Assembly: GCA_016706365.1 (NCBI GenBank)
Contig: JADJJU010000011.1
Location: forward strand, 77,654 to 141,653
Origin: Saprospiraceae bacterium
GTDB lineage: Bacteria; Bacteroidota; Bacteroidia; Chitinophagales; Saprospiraceae
Reading direction: 5' to 3'
Length of the DNA stretch: 64,000 nucleotides
Shown piece by piece: positions 48,381-57,867 of this stretch. Both the position numbers and the translations under genes were made by a program. The first letter of the stretch is position 1, and each line of letters opens with the position of its first letter. Under the pieces are notes generated by a model. The model saw only the letters and a program-made list of their open reading frames with translations. It had not been told where the DNA came from and made no database searches.

Positions 48381-48662
48381 AATAAATCCATTAAATGATG
48401 AATAAAAAAATAGAGGCAGTCTCCAAAAATTATCATTATACTACACTTTGAATCACTTGTTACTGCCTCCGAAAACAAGTTTAATGACATATGCTGAATA
48501 TTAAAACTGGCATCAAACAGTTAGCATTTCCCGCACCCCAGAACACCTCTTAACTATGCTAAATGAAAGTATATAGTGAAATTTATCTTTTGTAGGTAGC
48601 AACTGGTAGTTGGTTGGTCGCCCGCTATATTATATCTTTAAGTAATCGAATTTTGCCGGACA

Positions 48663-49742
48663 ATGAAAAACAGGCATTTACAATTTTGGGGAGCATATTT
48701 GATATTTCACTGGTTGCTGATCAGTAGCAGCTTATTGCGTCCGGAATCTAACACCTCATTCTTCACAATAATTTTTATTTCACTGGGAGCGGTGTTATCT
48801 CTTTTACCTGCTCAATTAGCTGCTGTATATCTTGGCATACCGACGCTTGTCAAAAAGCTTTCAGGAGCAGATCTTACCTGGGTATACGTCCTGATGAGAG
48901 TGCTCACAGGAACGATTGTGGGTATTATCTTATACAGGACAGCTATACACTTTATTGTTTATCCATATTTATACGAACAAGCAATAGCATGGACTCAGTT
49001 TTACAGCATTGCCAGATGGCTTTCCAATTTTGCAGATCTTTGTATGCCAATGCTTCTTTTTGCAGGAATCTGGCTTTGGGACGAACAAAGGAAATCCAGA
49101 CAGTCGGCAAAAGATCTCGAAATGGAAAAATTAAAAATAGAGCTTCAATTCCTCAAATCTCAAACCAATCCCCATTTCTTATTTAATACTCTCAACAACA
49201 TTTACGGACTTTCAAGACGAAGTGATCCCAGAGCTCCGGAAGCCTTGCTGCAATTATCACAATTACTCAGATACCTGCTTTATGAATGTTCAGCAGAAAG
49301 AGTTCTACTGATCAAAGAAATAAAAATGCTGGAAGTGTATATTGAATTGATGCAACTCAGAAGATCAGAACCTGCACAAATCAGTATTAATACTACAATC
49401 AATGAATCACATTGGGGGATAGCACCAGGAATATTGTTACCATTAATGGAAAATGCATTCAAATTTGCTGGTGATTCTCCTGAGATGAGTACAACTATCA
49501 TTTGGAACTGCGAAGTCCATGATGATGGTCAATTTATTATGACCCTGAAAAACTCTGTGCAACATTCTAAGATGCATGAAAGTGGAGGTATCGGTTTATC
49601 CAATATTCGCAGACAACTTGAAATTGAATATCCGAATAGACATTCCATTGATATCGATTCAGAAAATGCCTATTTTCAAATTCAATTAACTATTCAACTG
49701 GAAGTATATGAAAGCGTTGAAATGTCTGATAGTCGAAGATGA
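48663..49742 (+). CDS. LytS/YehU-type sensor histidine kinase
   Basis: 359 aa; N-terminal TM helices; FLKSQTNPHFLFNTLNNIYGL (His_kinase) motif; GGIGLSNIRRQL. Confidence 0.85.
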   Translation: MKNRHLQFWGAYLIFHWLLISSSLLRPESNTSFFTIIFISLGAVLSLLPAQLAAVYLGIPTLVKKLSGADLTWVYVLMRVLTGTIVGIILYRTAIHFIVYPYLYEQAIAWTQFYSIARWLSNFADLCMPMLLFAGIWLWDEQRKSRQSAKDLEMEKLKIELQFLKSQTNPHFLFNTLNNIYGLSRRSDPRAPEALLQLSQLLRYLLYECSAERVLLIKEIKMLEVYIELMQLRRSEPAQISINTTINESHWGIAPGILLPLMENAFKFAGDSPEMSTTIIWNCEVHDDGQFIMTLKNSVQHSKMHESGGIGLSNIRRQLEIEYPNRHSIDIDSENAYFQIQLTIQLEVYESVEMSDSRR

Positions 49743-50424
49743 GCCTATAGCAGCAGGCATTATTGAAGATTATATCAAGTTGGTACCATTTCTCAGTCAT
49801 GAAACGACATTTCATGATCCGCTGAAAGCGCTTCATTATTTGAATGAAAATTCAGCAGATGTCATTTTCCTGGATCTGTCTATGCCTCATTTGAATGGTA
49901 AAGAATTTCTCAGCATTTTGAAAGAAAAATATCAGATAATCCTCACTACTGCTCACCACGAATTTGGTATCGAAAGTTATGACTGGGGTGTGGTTGATTA
50001 TCTGTTAAAGCCGATACCTTTTAGCAGGTTTATGATCGCAGTCAATAAATTAAGGCCGCCAGCAAATGCGGTATCAGAAGCTCCTGCTCCATTATCTGAA
50101 ACCTCGCAGGAAAGAGCTTTCAGATATTTCAATGTCAACAAGACGATGATAAGAGTTTTTCTGGATGAAATCGGAATGGTTGAAAGCATTAAAGATTATG
50201 TCCGTATTACCACCCAATCCCAAACCATTATTACGAAGGGTAATCTGCAGGAATTTGAAAATTTAATGCAGGCACATGGCGGGCTGCGCATTCACAGATC
50301 CTATCTGGTCAACCTCAATCATGTTGAGGCATTTACGACACATGATGTCATCATTCACGGCAAGACCATTCCAGTAGGGAGATTGTACAAAGAATCTGTA
50401 TTGGAGGTATTAAAGAGCATTTGA
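49708..50424 (+). CDS. LytTR-family response regulator
   Basis: 238 aa; receiver CLIVEDEP...DVIFLDLSMP; C-terminal LytTR IHRSYLVNLNHV; overlaps the kinase gene by 35 nt. Confidence 0.85.
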   Translation: MKALKCLIVEDEPIAAGIIEDYIKLVPFLSHETTFHDPLKALHYLNENSADVIFLDLSMPHLNGKEFLSILKEKYQIILTTAHHEFGIESYDWGVVDYLLKPIPFSRFMIAVNKLRPPANAVSEAPAPLSETSQERAFRYFNVNKTMIRVFLDEIGMVESIKDYVRITTQSQTIITKGNLQEFENLMQAHGGLRIHRSYLVNLNHVEAFTTHDVIIHGKTIPVGRLYKESVLEVLKSI

Positions 50425-50582
50425 ATAGATTAACTCTACTCTTTGCATAAATATTAAAACGATTCTGCTACTCTCTTAGAAAAGAGGTAAAAACCAGAAC
50501 AAAAAAGCCGTAGTATTCACCGAATTCAGCTTAATTTTTACTTTTTCTGCACACAGAAAGAAATATTCGTGTCGTTTATACT

Positions 50583-50602
50583 GACATTAAATAATTAATG
50601 TC
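50583..50602. promoter_or_regulatory. candidate TetR operator (perfect 8-4-8 inverted repeat)
   Basis: GACATTAA-ataa-TTAATGTC, 13 nt upstream of the tetR-family ATG at 50615. Confidence 0.45.
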
Positions 50603-50614
50603 TACATTCACGAC

Positions 50615-51220
50615 ATGAAATTAAATGAACCCCGAAAATACAACATGTCTCTCAGAGGTAAGACGGCTGCCATGACTGAGACTAATATCCTCAAAGCGAT
50701 CGGAGAATTGTGGTTAAGTTTTAACATACACGAAATAACTCTGGAAATGATTGCTTCAAAAGCAGGTGTTAATGAGAGGACGATATTGAGGAAATTTGGC
50801 TCAAAAGAAGGATTACTCGAAGCGGCACTCAAAGCTGACGATGTGGCAGGTATAAAATCCATCAAGGACGAAGCTGAAGCAGGCAATATTGAGCAAATCG
50901 TCCAAACTTTAATTAAAGAATACACAATTTCAGGCCAGGCTTCCTTGAGAACCCTGGCTATTGAGCATGAAATCCCGATCGCTGCAGAAATAATGTCCAA
51001 AGGTCGTCAAATGCACCGAGAATGGTGTGAACGTGTTTTTAGACCATACCTACCACTTAAAAAGAATAAATATTATCATTTAATCATTGGCGCCTTTTAC
51101 GCTGCCACCGATGTACATAACTGGAAATTACTGCATCAGGACCTGGGATATACCCAAAAAGAAACTGCTGAAATATTATCTATACTCTTGCGATCCATTA
51201 TAAACTCCATAAATAAATAA
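50615..51220 (+). CDS. TetR/AcrR family transcriptional regulator
   Basis: 201 aa; HTH ITLEMIASKAGVNERTILRKFGSKEGLL; alternative start at M11 (50645). Confidence 0.8.
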   Translation: MKLNEPRKYNMSLRGKTAAMTETNILKAIGELWLSFNIHEITLEMIASKAGVNERTILRKFGSKEGLLEAALKADDVAGIKSIKDEAEAGNIEQIVQTLIKEYTISGQASLRTLAIEHEIPIAAEIMSKGRQMHREWCERVFRPYLPLKKNKYYHLIIGAFYAATDVHNWKLLHQDLGYTQKETAEILSILLRSIINSINK

Positions 51221-51223
51221 GTC

Positions 51224-52177
51224 ATGAAACCTACAATGAACCTCACTTTTTTGGCACTATTAATCATATTTGCCGGATGCCAAAAAAATACTGATCAGAT
51301 TGAACCCGATGTCAAATCGATCAAAAAAGTATATACTACCCTCGTAGATGGTATCAGCAGGGAATATATTGTCAGTGTTCCAAAAAGCTATAACGGGCAA
51401 TCAAAAGTACCTGTGGTCTTTATGTTACATGGCACTAGTGGAGATGGTGAAAAATTCTACAATATTTCAGGCTGGAAAGAACTCGGAGAGCAAGAAAATA
51501 TTTTGACCGTATATCCCAGCTCATTATCAAAATGTATCACCGAGGGTACAGAAACTAAAACTATATCTAAATGGAATGCGCAGCCTTTATTAGATTGGAA
51601 TTACTGTCAGGGTGTAAACCCACCGGATGATGTAAAATTCCTGGAAAAGGTACTGAACGAAATTCAACTGAATTATACCATAGAAACAAAGCAGGTTTAT
51701 TTTGTAGGCTTCTCAAACGGCGGCCAAATGTGTGCTTTGCTCTCTATCTTTATGGGAGATAGAATCGCCGCAATAGTTGAAAGTGCCGGATCATTTAATA
51801 TAGACAGCACATTTATACCAAAACGAAATTTGCCCATTACCTTCCAAATTGGGAATAAAGATTATGGTCCTGGTGTGGAGGGCCCCGAAATTCCTCTCAG
51901 CGATTTTGAAACAGCTTTAAATAATCAAAGCTATTACCTTAACAGAGTTAAAGAAACTCATATAAATAGTTTTCATCTTAATCCAAATTATTCCATTTCC
52001 GGAGATACAAGCACAGCAATGACTGCTACTTTTCTTCCGCTGAGTGGAAGCGAAAACAACAGCTTTAATTTTGTGTACATAAAAGGGTTGGGACATGAAT
52101 ACCCAAATGGAAAAAACCATTGGTTAAATGGAGCAAGGGCAAATTGGGACTGGTTGAAAAATTTCAAACTCCCTTAA
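51224..52177 (+). CDS. alpha/beta-hydrolase lipoprotein (PHB-depolymerase/esterase family-like)
   Basis: Lipobox FAGC; VVFMLHGTSGDGEKF and nucleophile elbow GFSNGG. Confidence 0.55.
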   Translation: MKPTMNLTFLALLIIFAGCQKNTDQIEPDVKSIKKVYTTLVDGISREYIVSVPKSYNGQSKVPVVFMLHGTSGDGEKFYNISGWKELGEQENILTVYPSSLSKCITEGTETKTISKWNAQPLLDWNYCQGVNPPDDVKFLEKVLNEIQLNYTIETKQVYFVGFSNGGQMCALLSIFMGDRIAAIVESAGSFNIDSTFIPKRNLPITFQIGNKDYGPGVEGPEIPLSDFETALNNQSYYLNRVKETHINSFHLNPNYSISGDTSTAMTATFLPLSGSENNSFNFVYIKGLGHEYPNGKNHWLNGARANWDWLKNFKLP

Positions 52178-52223
52178 ATTCATGAAATAAAGTCAGTACT
52201 ATTCATTTCAAATTCAGAATGCC

Positions 52224-53465
52224 ATGAAAAAGAGATTTCTCATCGTAACCATAGAAGGCGGTGGCAATATTCCACCCGTTTTACATACCATAAGAACTCT
52301 TCAGGAAAAAGGTCATTCAGTTTATCTGCTTAGTGAGCCATGGTTCAAAGAGTTGGCAGAAACTAATGGGGCCATTTTCATTCCTTTCCGGGAATACTTC
52401 ACAAAAACGGAAAGAAAAAAAGACATACTTGAAGACTGGAAGGATAAGAATAACTCATTCAAAATCATGTTTGGAACTGCCCGAATTGTGGTCAAAGAAA
52501 CCATTGAAGCAATTCGTAAATATCAAATAAATGCAGTCATTGCAGATTTGTTGATTCCCGGGGCACTGATAGCTGCTGAGATTATGAATATTCCCAGGGC
52601 AATGCTTTTTCACATGCCTGAGTATTTACCGGGACCCAACAGGCCGCCCGGAGGATTGGGAATTTTGCCACTTGACAATATCTTCGGCAGATTAAGAGAT
52701 AAATTATTGGCAAGTATCTTCCATATTATTTTTGATAAATATCTACCTGATATTAACATCCTCAGAAAAGAATTTGGATTATTACCATTTAATCATCTCA
52801 CAGAATTATTTCACTCGGCCGATTTACGAATTATACAAACCAGTAAATCGTTTGATTTTCCGATTGTTCCCGCTCCCGGCAATGTTTGGTATAGCGGCCC
52901 AATATTAGATGACCCGGACTGGGCAGGAGAGCATCCCATCCAATGGACAAACGAAGACAGAAGGCCTTTAGTAGTCATTGCCATTTCATCCACTTTTCAA
53001 AATCAAAAGCAAGTCATTCAAAACTGCATTTATGCCTTGAGTAAATTAGATGTTCAGGGATTAGTTACATTGGGTCCGGCTATGGAATCCGAAATTTTTG
53101 ATATTCCTTCCCGGAATGTGAAGGTAGTGGCCAATGCAGCTCATGCCCTTATTTTTCCTGATGCTTCCTGCATCATCACGCATGCAGGGCATGGAACAGT
53201 AATGCGAGCTCTGGTGAATGGCATCCCTCTGCTATGCCTTCCTATGGGAAGAGATCAGGGAGACAATGCAGCAAAAGTGGTTTATCACGGTGCCGGTATA
53301 AAACTTTCAAAGGGCGCCTCTTCGACTGTAATAAGAAAAGCTGTTACCAAAATTCTTTCAAACCCATCTTATCGTTTGAATGCGGAAATTATAGGCACCA
53401 AAATTAAGGCTGACGCAGAAATGGAATCAGTTGCAGTTGCACTGGAAAGTCTTTTTAAAGGCTAA
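52224..53465 (+). CDS. GT1 family UDP-glycosyltransferase (MGT/UGT-like)
   Basis: 413 aa; C-terminal UGT signature ITHAGHGTVMRALVNGIPLLCLPMGRDQGDNA. Confidence 0.75.
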   Translation: MKKRFLIVTIEGGGNIPPVLHTIRTLQEKGHSVYLLSEPWFKELAETNGAIFIPFREYFTKTERKKDILEDWKDKNNSFKIMFGTARIVVKETIEAIRKYQINAVIADLLIPGALIAAEIMNIPRAMLFHMPEYLPGPNRPPGGLGILPLDNIFGRLRDKLLASIFHIIFDKYLPDINILRKEFGLLPFNHLTELFHSADLRIIQTSKSFDFPIVPAPGNVWYSGPILDDPDWAGEHPIQWTNEDRRPLVVIAISSTFQNQKQVIQNCIYALSKLDVQGLVTLGPAMESEIFDIPSRNVKVVANAAHALIFPDASCIITHAGHGTVMRALVNGIPLLCLPMGRDQGDNAAKVVYHGAGIKLSKGASSTVIRKAVTKILSNPSYRLNAEIIGTKIKADAEMESVAVALESLFKG

Positions 53466-53535
53466 TTGCCTGTCAAATAGAAATGCCTTTTAAATATTCG
53501 TATGGGAGAACCATGAATATATCTTTATAAAAACC

Positions 53536-53955
53536 TCAATTCTTCTCCACCTTCACGCTAAGTACATAATCAACCGGAATATCAAATTCAGTCGGATAAG
53601 GTGACAGGTATAAAAACTGAAACTGATATCCCAGCGTATCGACAAAATTCCCGCAAGGATCCGGATTCGGTTCACAAAGTCCTTTAATTTCATAAGGAAT
53701 ATTGTGCACAGTATTGCCTATTTCAGCAGCCATAATTCCCCAGGCTGCTCCCTGCCAAACACAGACCACATCAAGTGCACATCTGCTATCATTTATTTCA
53801 CCAGTTAGCGTCGCTCTCATGCCGGGACCTTGTGTCCATTCATTATATTTTACTTCCATTAATACAGGAAGATCTGATCTTTTATTGCAGGCAGTAAACA
53901 GTATGCCGGTAAGTACCATCCAAAATGCAAAAGATAATTTGTTCATAATTTTCAA
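53536..53955 (-). CDS. hypothetical lipoprotein
   Basis: 139 aa; lipobox FTAC. Confidence 0.55.
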   Translation of the reverse strand: MKIMNKLSFAFWMVLTGILFTACNKRSDLPVLMEVKYNEWTQGPGMRATLTGEINDSRCALDVVCVWQGAAWGIMAAEIGNTVHNIPYEIKGLCEPNPDPCGNFVDTLGYQFQFLYLSPYPTEFDIPVDYVLSVKVEKN

Positions 53956-54102
53956 GATTTAAATTTTGAATCAAGCGTGTACTTATATGGACGTAAAATT
54001 ACTACTTTTTGGTTGGGGGATTGTGAGAAAATATTTGACTATTAATTTGTCTGGTTTCAAACTCTGCTTTATTCCCTATTTTTATTCCAAAATTAATCTT
54101 GC

Positions 54103-55134
54103 ATGCTAATTAAAGCATTACTTATCAGCCTCCTGCTTTTACCCCTAATTTTGTTTTCACAAGAATCAGAATTTATTAATTCAAGCTTTATAGTCATTGC
54201 TCCTAATGGTTTAAAATTGCGGGAAGGGCCGGGTACAAAATTCAAGGCAATAGATGCTGCAGCATTCGGAGCTGAAGTCACAATGTTGGGAGTAGCTGAT
54301 GTTCCAATTGATACCGTACAAAGCTATATTCGATATTTTACTCCAACAGATAGTTTTGAAATGCATGTTGAAGCAAGCTGGATGAAAGTAAAATATGGGA
54401 AAAATACCGGTTATATGTATTCACTCTATCTGCATCCAAAATGTGACAATTTGGAAGATAAGCTATTTCCTCATGCCAATAAAAGCTATCAATTATTTCA
54501 CAGAGAAAACGATTATCCCTGCATCAATTTTAAATCACCCAAACAGAATTTTTGGTATGAACTTATCAAAGGTTCTGATGGTAATTTTAGCCTTAACAAT
54601 ATACAAGTGGAAATGATGAGTAGCTACACTTATCTTGAACATTGTGGTGGTGACAGATGGCAATTAATTGTTCAAAGGGCAGATAGAAAATCAAATTCTT
54701 TGGTGCTGTATTCTGACAATAAGCTTACACCTGGAGAATTAAATACTCATGTTATTGAAGACTCTAACTTACGACTCCAATCTATAAATATGGGATATTA
54801 TGATATGGGGAATGGAAAATCAAAGGAAGAATTTTATGCACTTAAAAATAAAGTTCTTGAAAGATATTCATTGAGAGAAATTCAGGACAAAGAACTTAAA
54901 ACAAAGTTGTTCTATAAAAGAAATGGTAAAGAATATTTACTGGCTGAGATATCCGGTCCTGGCGTATCCTCAATTGAAATGGTATCTGATCTGGATTCTG
55001 ATGGGGTAATGGATTTTATAATTATTTCAGGTGATGAAAATATGACAAAAGGCCTGCTATTTTTAAGCTCAGAGGCTGAAGCAGGAAAAAGTCACAAATT
55101 AGTAGCTACCACACCTCCCGGATTCATTTGTTAA
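54103..55134 (+). CDS. hypothetical secreted protein with bacterial SH3-like N-terminal domain
   Basis: Signal peptide; APNGLKLREGPGTKFKAIDAAAFGAEVTMLG. Confidence 0.55.
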   Translation: MLIKALLISLLLLPLILFSQESEFINSSFIVIAPNGLKLREGPGTKFKAIDAAAFGAEVTMLGVADVPIDTVQSYIRYFTPTDSFEMHVEASWMKVKYGKNTGYMYSLYLHPKCDNLEDKLFPHANKSYQLFHRENDYPCINFKSPKQNFWYELIKGSDGNFSLNNIQVEMMSSYTYLEHCGGDRWQLIVQRADRKSNSLVLYSDNKLTPGELNTHVIEDSNLRLQSINMGYYDMGNGKSKEEFYALKNKVLERYSLREIQDKELKTKLFYKRNGKEYLLAEISGPGVSSIEMVSDLDSDGVMDFIIISGDENMTKGLLFLSSEAEAGKSHKLVATTPPGFIC

Positions 55135-55168
55135 GATCCTTAAAATGAAATAAGAACAGGTATAAATA

Positions 55169-55690
55169 TCATTCTTTTGCATATGGAAACTCCTCCACCC
55201 CAGGAAAATGTATGGAATAAATCACATCCGTGATCAGCCATTTCCCCTGATCATTCACCAGATTCCATTTCTCATTTCCCCATTGAATCATTTTATCTCC
55301 TGAAGTAAAGCTGTAGTCAAACATGATACTGGCTATCATCCCGTCTGAATTAATGTCGATATTGTAAAAATCCTCTCTTTGAGACTTATCAGTTTTGCAA
55401 ATTTCACGGATGAATTTTCGTGAATTAGAAATGGATACACCTTCAAAATCAGACACATTTTTTTTGATGGAATTTTCAGTTTTTGGCGACATAATTCCCA
55501 CAAATGGCACTTCATTTTGAAAGAATAATTTGTTGAATTTCACACTATCCTTTTCAAAGATTGCAGCCTGAAAATCCAGGATGACTTGTTGCAATTTAAT
55601 TCTTGAAGCGGAAGATTCCTGTGCTAAAACTGCTATTGGAACCAGCAAAATACCAGCAAGAATAATATTGAAAAACTTACCTAAATACAT
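55169..55690 (-). CDS. hypothetical secreted protein (NTF2/SnoaL-like fold suspected)
   Basis: 173 aa; signal peptide; weak pattern only. Confidence 0.45.
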   Translation of the reverse strand: MYLGKFFNIILAGILLVPIAVLAQESSASRIKLQQVILDFQAAIFEKDSVKFNKLFFQNEVPFVGIMSPKTENSIKKNVSDFEGVSISNSRKFIREICKTDKSQREDFYNIDINSDGMIASIMFDYSFTSGDKMIQWGNEKWNLVNDQGKWLITDVIYSIHFPGVEEFPYAKE

Positions 55691-55753
55691 GGGGCGATGT
55701 TTGATAATTTAAATTTAATAACTTGATTTAAAATAATATAAATATTATGTATT

Positions 55754-56299
55754 CTAATATATCAATAAGAAATACTTGCTAAGGATTCTCCATGTTTCAA
55801 TTTCTGCTTCATTGTTATCATCAAAAATAGATCTGAAAAAATTACTGAAAATATTTTCGTGGACTCCAAACTGAAAGGTGAAATCAGATTCATTCATTGA
55901 TACAGGAAAATGAAAAATATTCTGAGTGCCGTCTGCATTATTTTGGACGCCTATATTTCCATGATGATGAATGACGCTGCTCTTGCCATTAGAATCCATT
56001 ATGTTAATTATATTACCATTTACAATTGCAGCCGAATGGGTCCCATTTGAATTCACCATAACCAGCATATTCCCATTGACATGTCCTGTAGAATGGGTTC
56101 CATCTGAATTTATTCCTGTAATCATATTTCCGTTTTGATGCATTATACTCTGACTTCCATCGGTGTTAATTCCTATTATTGTATTTCCATGATGATGCAA
56201 TACTGTGTGCGTTCCATCCGAATTTACTTGCACAGATATTTGAGAAAAAAGACTTGCACTCATCAACAGGAATGCGACTAAAATTGAATGGGTTCTCAT
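55754..56299 (-). CDS. secreted His/Asn-rich protein built from ~19-aa repeats
   Basis: Six units of the type (V/I)N(S/T)DG(T/S)(H/Q)S..H.NGN.I.. (VNSDGTHTVLHHHGNTIIG, INTDGSQSIMHQNGNMITG, INSDGTHSTGHVNGNMLVM ...). Confidence 0.6.
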   Translation of the reverse strand: MRTHSILVAFLLMSASLFSQISVQVNSDGTHTVLHHHGNTIIGINTDGSQSIMHQNGNMITGINSDGTHSTGHVNGNMLVMVNSNGTHSAAIVNGNIINIMDSNGKSSVIHHHGNIGVQNNADGTQNIFHFPVSMNESDFTFQFGVHENIFSNFFRSIFDDNNEAEIETWRILSKYFLLIY

Positions 56300-56443
56300 G
56301 GCATTAGAATTTAAATGTTAGTAAGTAGTTTGTCAAACAAACTGCTGTTAATTAATTCATTAGCATGAATCAAATGTAAGCTGAAGCCGCACAGTTTTAT
56401 ATTAAGGATAAGTTATTATTGTCGGTAGGAAATGTTACAATTA

Positions 56444-57073
56444 TCAACTCCTGACTGCTATAAGAATGGTATGTATATCTGCTCCTTCAGGTCTGGGATA
56501 CTCCACTCGAAAGATTTTATTGTCAATAAATCCATGTTCTTTTAAAAGGGACTCTAGGTTTTCCAAAGTGTGGAAATGGAAGAAAACCTTATCGCCGGTG
56601 CTGCCGGTTTTGAATTCGGATTTTTCAGGATCGTCATCCATAAAACTGATATAAATTATTCCATTTACATTTAATAAGTGAGTACAGTCTGATATCAGTT
56701 TTTCAATATCCTCATGTGTTAAAAATGGTAAACAAAACCCACAGACGATCCCATCGTACTTTTCATTCATTTGACCAATATCTCTGGCGTCCATTATTTC
56801 AAATTTCGCCTGAGGGCAATTCCGGCTTGCCAGTTCGATCATATTTGGAGCTACGTCCGTTCCAAAGATGTTAAAGTCAGGTCTTTTGGACAATAGATAT
56901 CTGGTTATATTTCCAGGGCCACAGCCTATCTCAAGAATGCTTGCGTTCTCCTTCAAAATTTTATCACAGAAGTAATCATAGGTCTCATTGTAGAGATCGA
57001 GGTCCATGAATTTATCCTGGTAGATATTGGCCAGTTTATTCCAGGTGTGGGCAGTTTCTTTGTAATGGTCCAT
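56444..57073 (-). CDS. class I SAM-dependent methyltransferase
   Basis: 209 aa; motif I ILEIGCGPGNIT. Confidence 0.8.
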   Translation of the reverse strand: MDHYKETAHTWNKLANIYQDKFMDLDLYNETYDYFCDKILKENASILEIGCGPGNITRYLLSKRPDFNIFGTDVAPNMIELASRNCPQAKFEIMDARDIGQMNEKYDGIVCGFCLPFLTHEDIEKLISDCTHLLNVNGIIYISFMDDDPEKSEFKTGSTGDKVFFHFHTLENLESLLKEHGFIDNKIFRVEYPRPEGADIHTILIAVRS

Positions 57074-57097
57074 GATAAATTTATCTTTAAAATAAGC

Positions 57098-57478
57098 TCA
57101 GGAATTCAACATCCAAAGCGCTCCATTTTTGCGCACATCCCTCTCTCGATATTCTGCCAATTCGCGAATGAGATCTGCCGGAAGTGGTTTATTATATGGA
57201 AACTGGATAGTGTCTCTTCCACATACATAATCTTCCAGTTCATCTTTGAACACATCCAGAGTTGATCTGGTAGGCATGAAATTGATATGGGTTTTGTATG
57301 CCATATATGCAAACAAAATTCGCTTTTCTTCAAATACAGGATTACCCCATTTCAGAGATTCAATTGCATTGGGAGCGACTGAGCGTAAAATTGCTCTGAT
57401 TTCGTGAAGTTTTTCCTGTGCTTGTGGAGGAGCAGATAGGATATATTCTTCTATAGTGGTGGGTTTAGGGGCTTTCAT
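57098..57478 (-). CDS. DUF1801 (YdhG-like) domain protein
   Basis: 126 aa; IEEYILSAPPQAQEKLHEIRAILRSVAPNAIESLKWGNPVF pattern. Confidence 0.65.
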   Translation of the reverse strand: MKAPKPTTIEEYILSAPPQAQEKLHEIRAILRSVAPNAIESLKWGNPVFEEKRILFAYMAYKTHINFMPTRSTLDVFKDELEDYVCGRDTIQFPYNKPLPADLIRELAEYRERDVRKNGALWMLNS

Positions 57479-57635
57479 GTATAATACTTTTTACTAATGT
57501 ATTGTAATTTGAAATACAAATGGAATTCAAATTAGCATTAGCTCACAAAATTAATCATTAATACCAAAGGAAAATCTTCAATAATACAATTGAAGAGAAT
57601 TCAGCAAATTTTAGGGATTGTATTTACGATATACA

Positions 57636-57866
57636 TTATTCCTTTAATATCTTCTTAGTATAAACGTTTCGGCTTGATATTGATTGAACTTGCAATAAAT
57701 AAATCCCGGCTTGCAAATCTCTTAAATTCAGATTAATCAGATTCTGCCCTTTTTGAGTTTGGAGTAACTTACCATTTAACTGGAACAATTTGAGCATATA
57801 CTCCCCCTCCGGTAATTGGACCTGAACAAAATCAGCTGTTGGATTGGGCCATATTTTAATATCCAA
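57636..57866 (-). pseudogene. T9SS C-terminal sorting domain separated from the peroxidase by a frameshift
   Basis: IKIWPNPTADFVQVQLPEGEYMLKLFQLNGKLL...GIYLLQVQS; its frame is open back to 57899 and overlaps the end of the upstream ORF. Confidence 0.7.
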
Positions 57867-57867
57867 A

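Noticed and set aside
48421-48475. 8-bp inverted repeat GAGGCAGT ... ACTGCCTC upstream of the CRTAC1-family gene, as a regulatory hairpin
   Set aside because: The loop is about 45 nt, there is no second copy, and there is no adjoining T-run or promoter motif, so it is compatible with chance.
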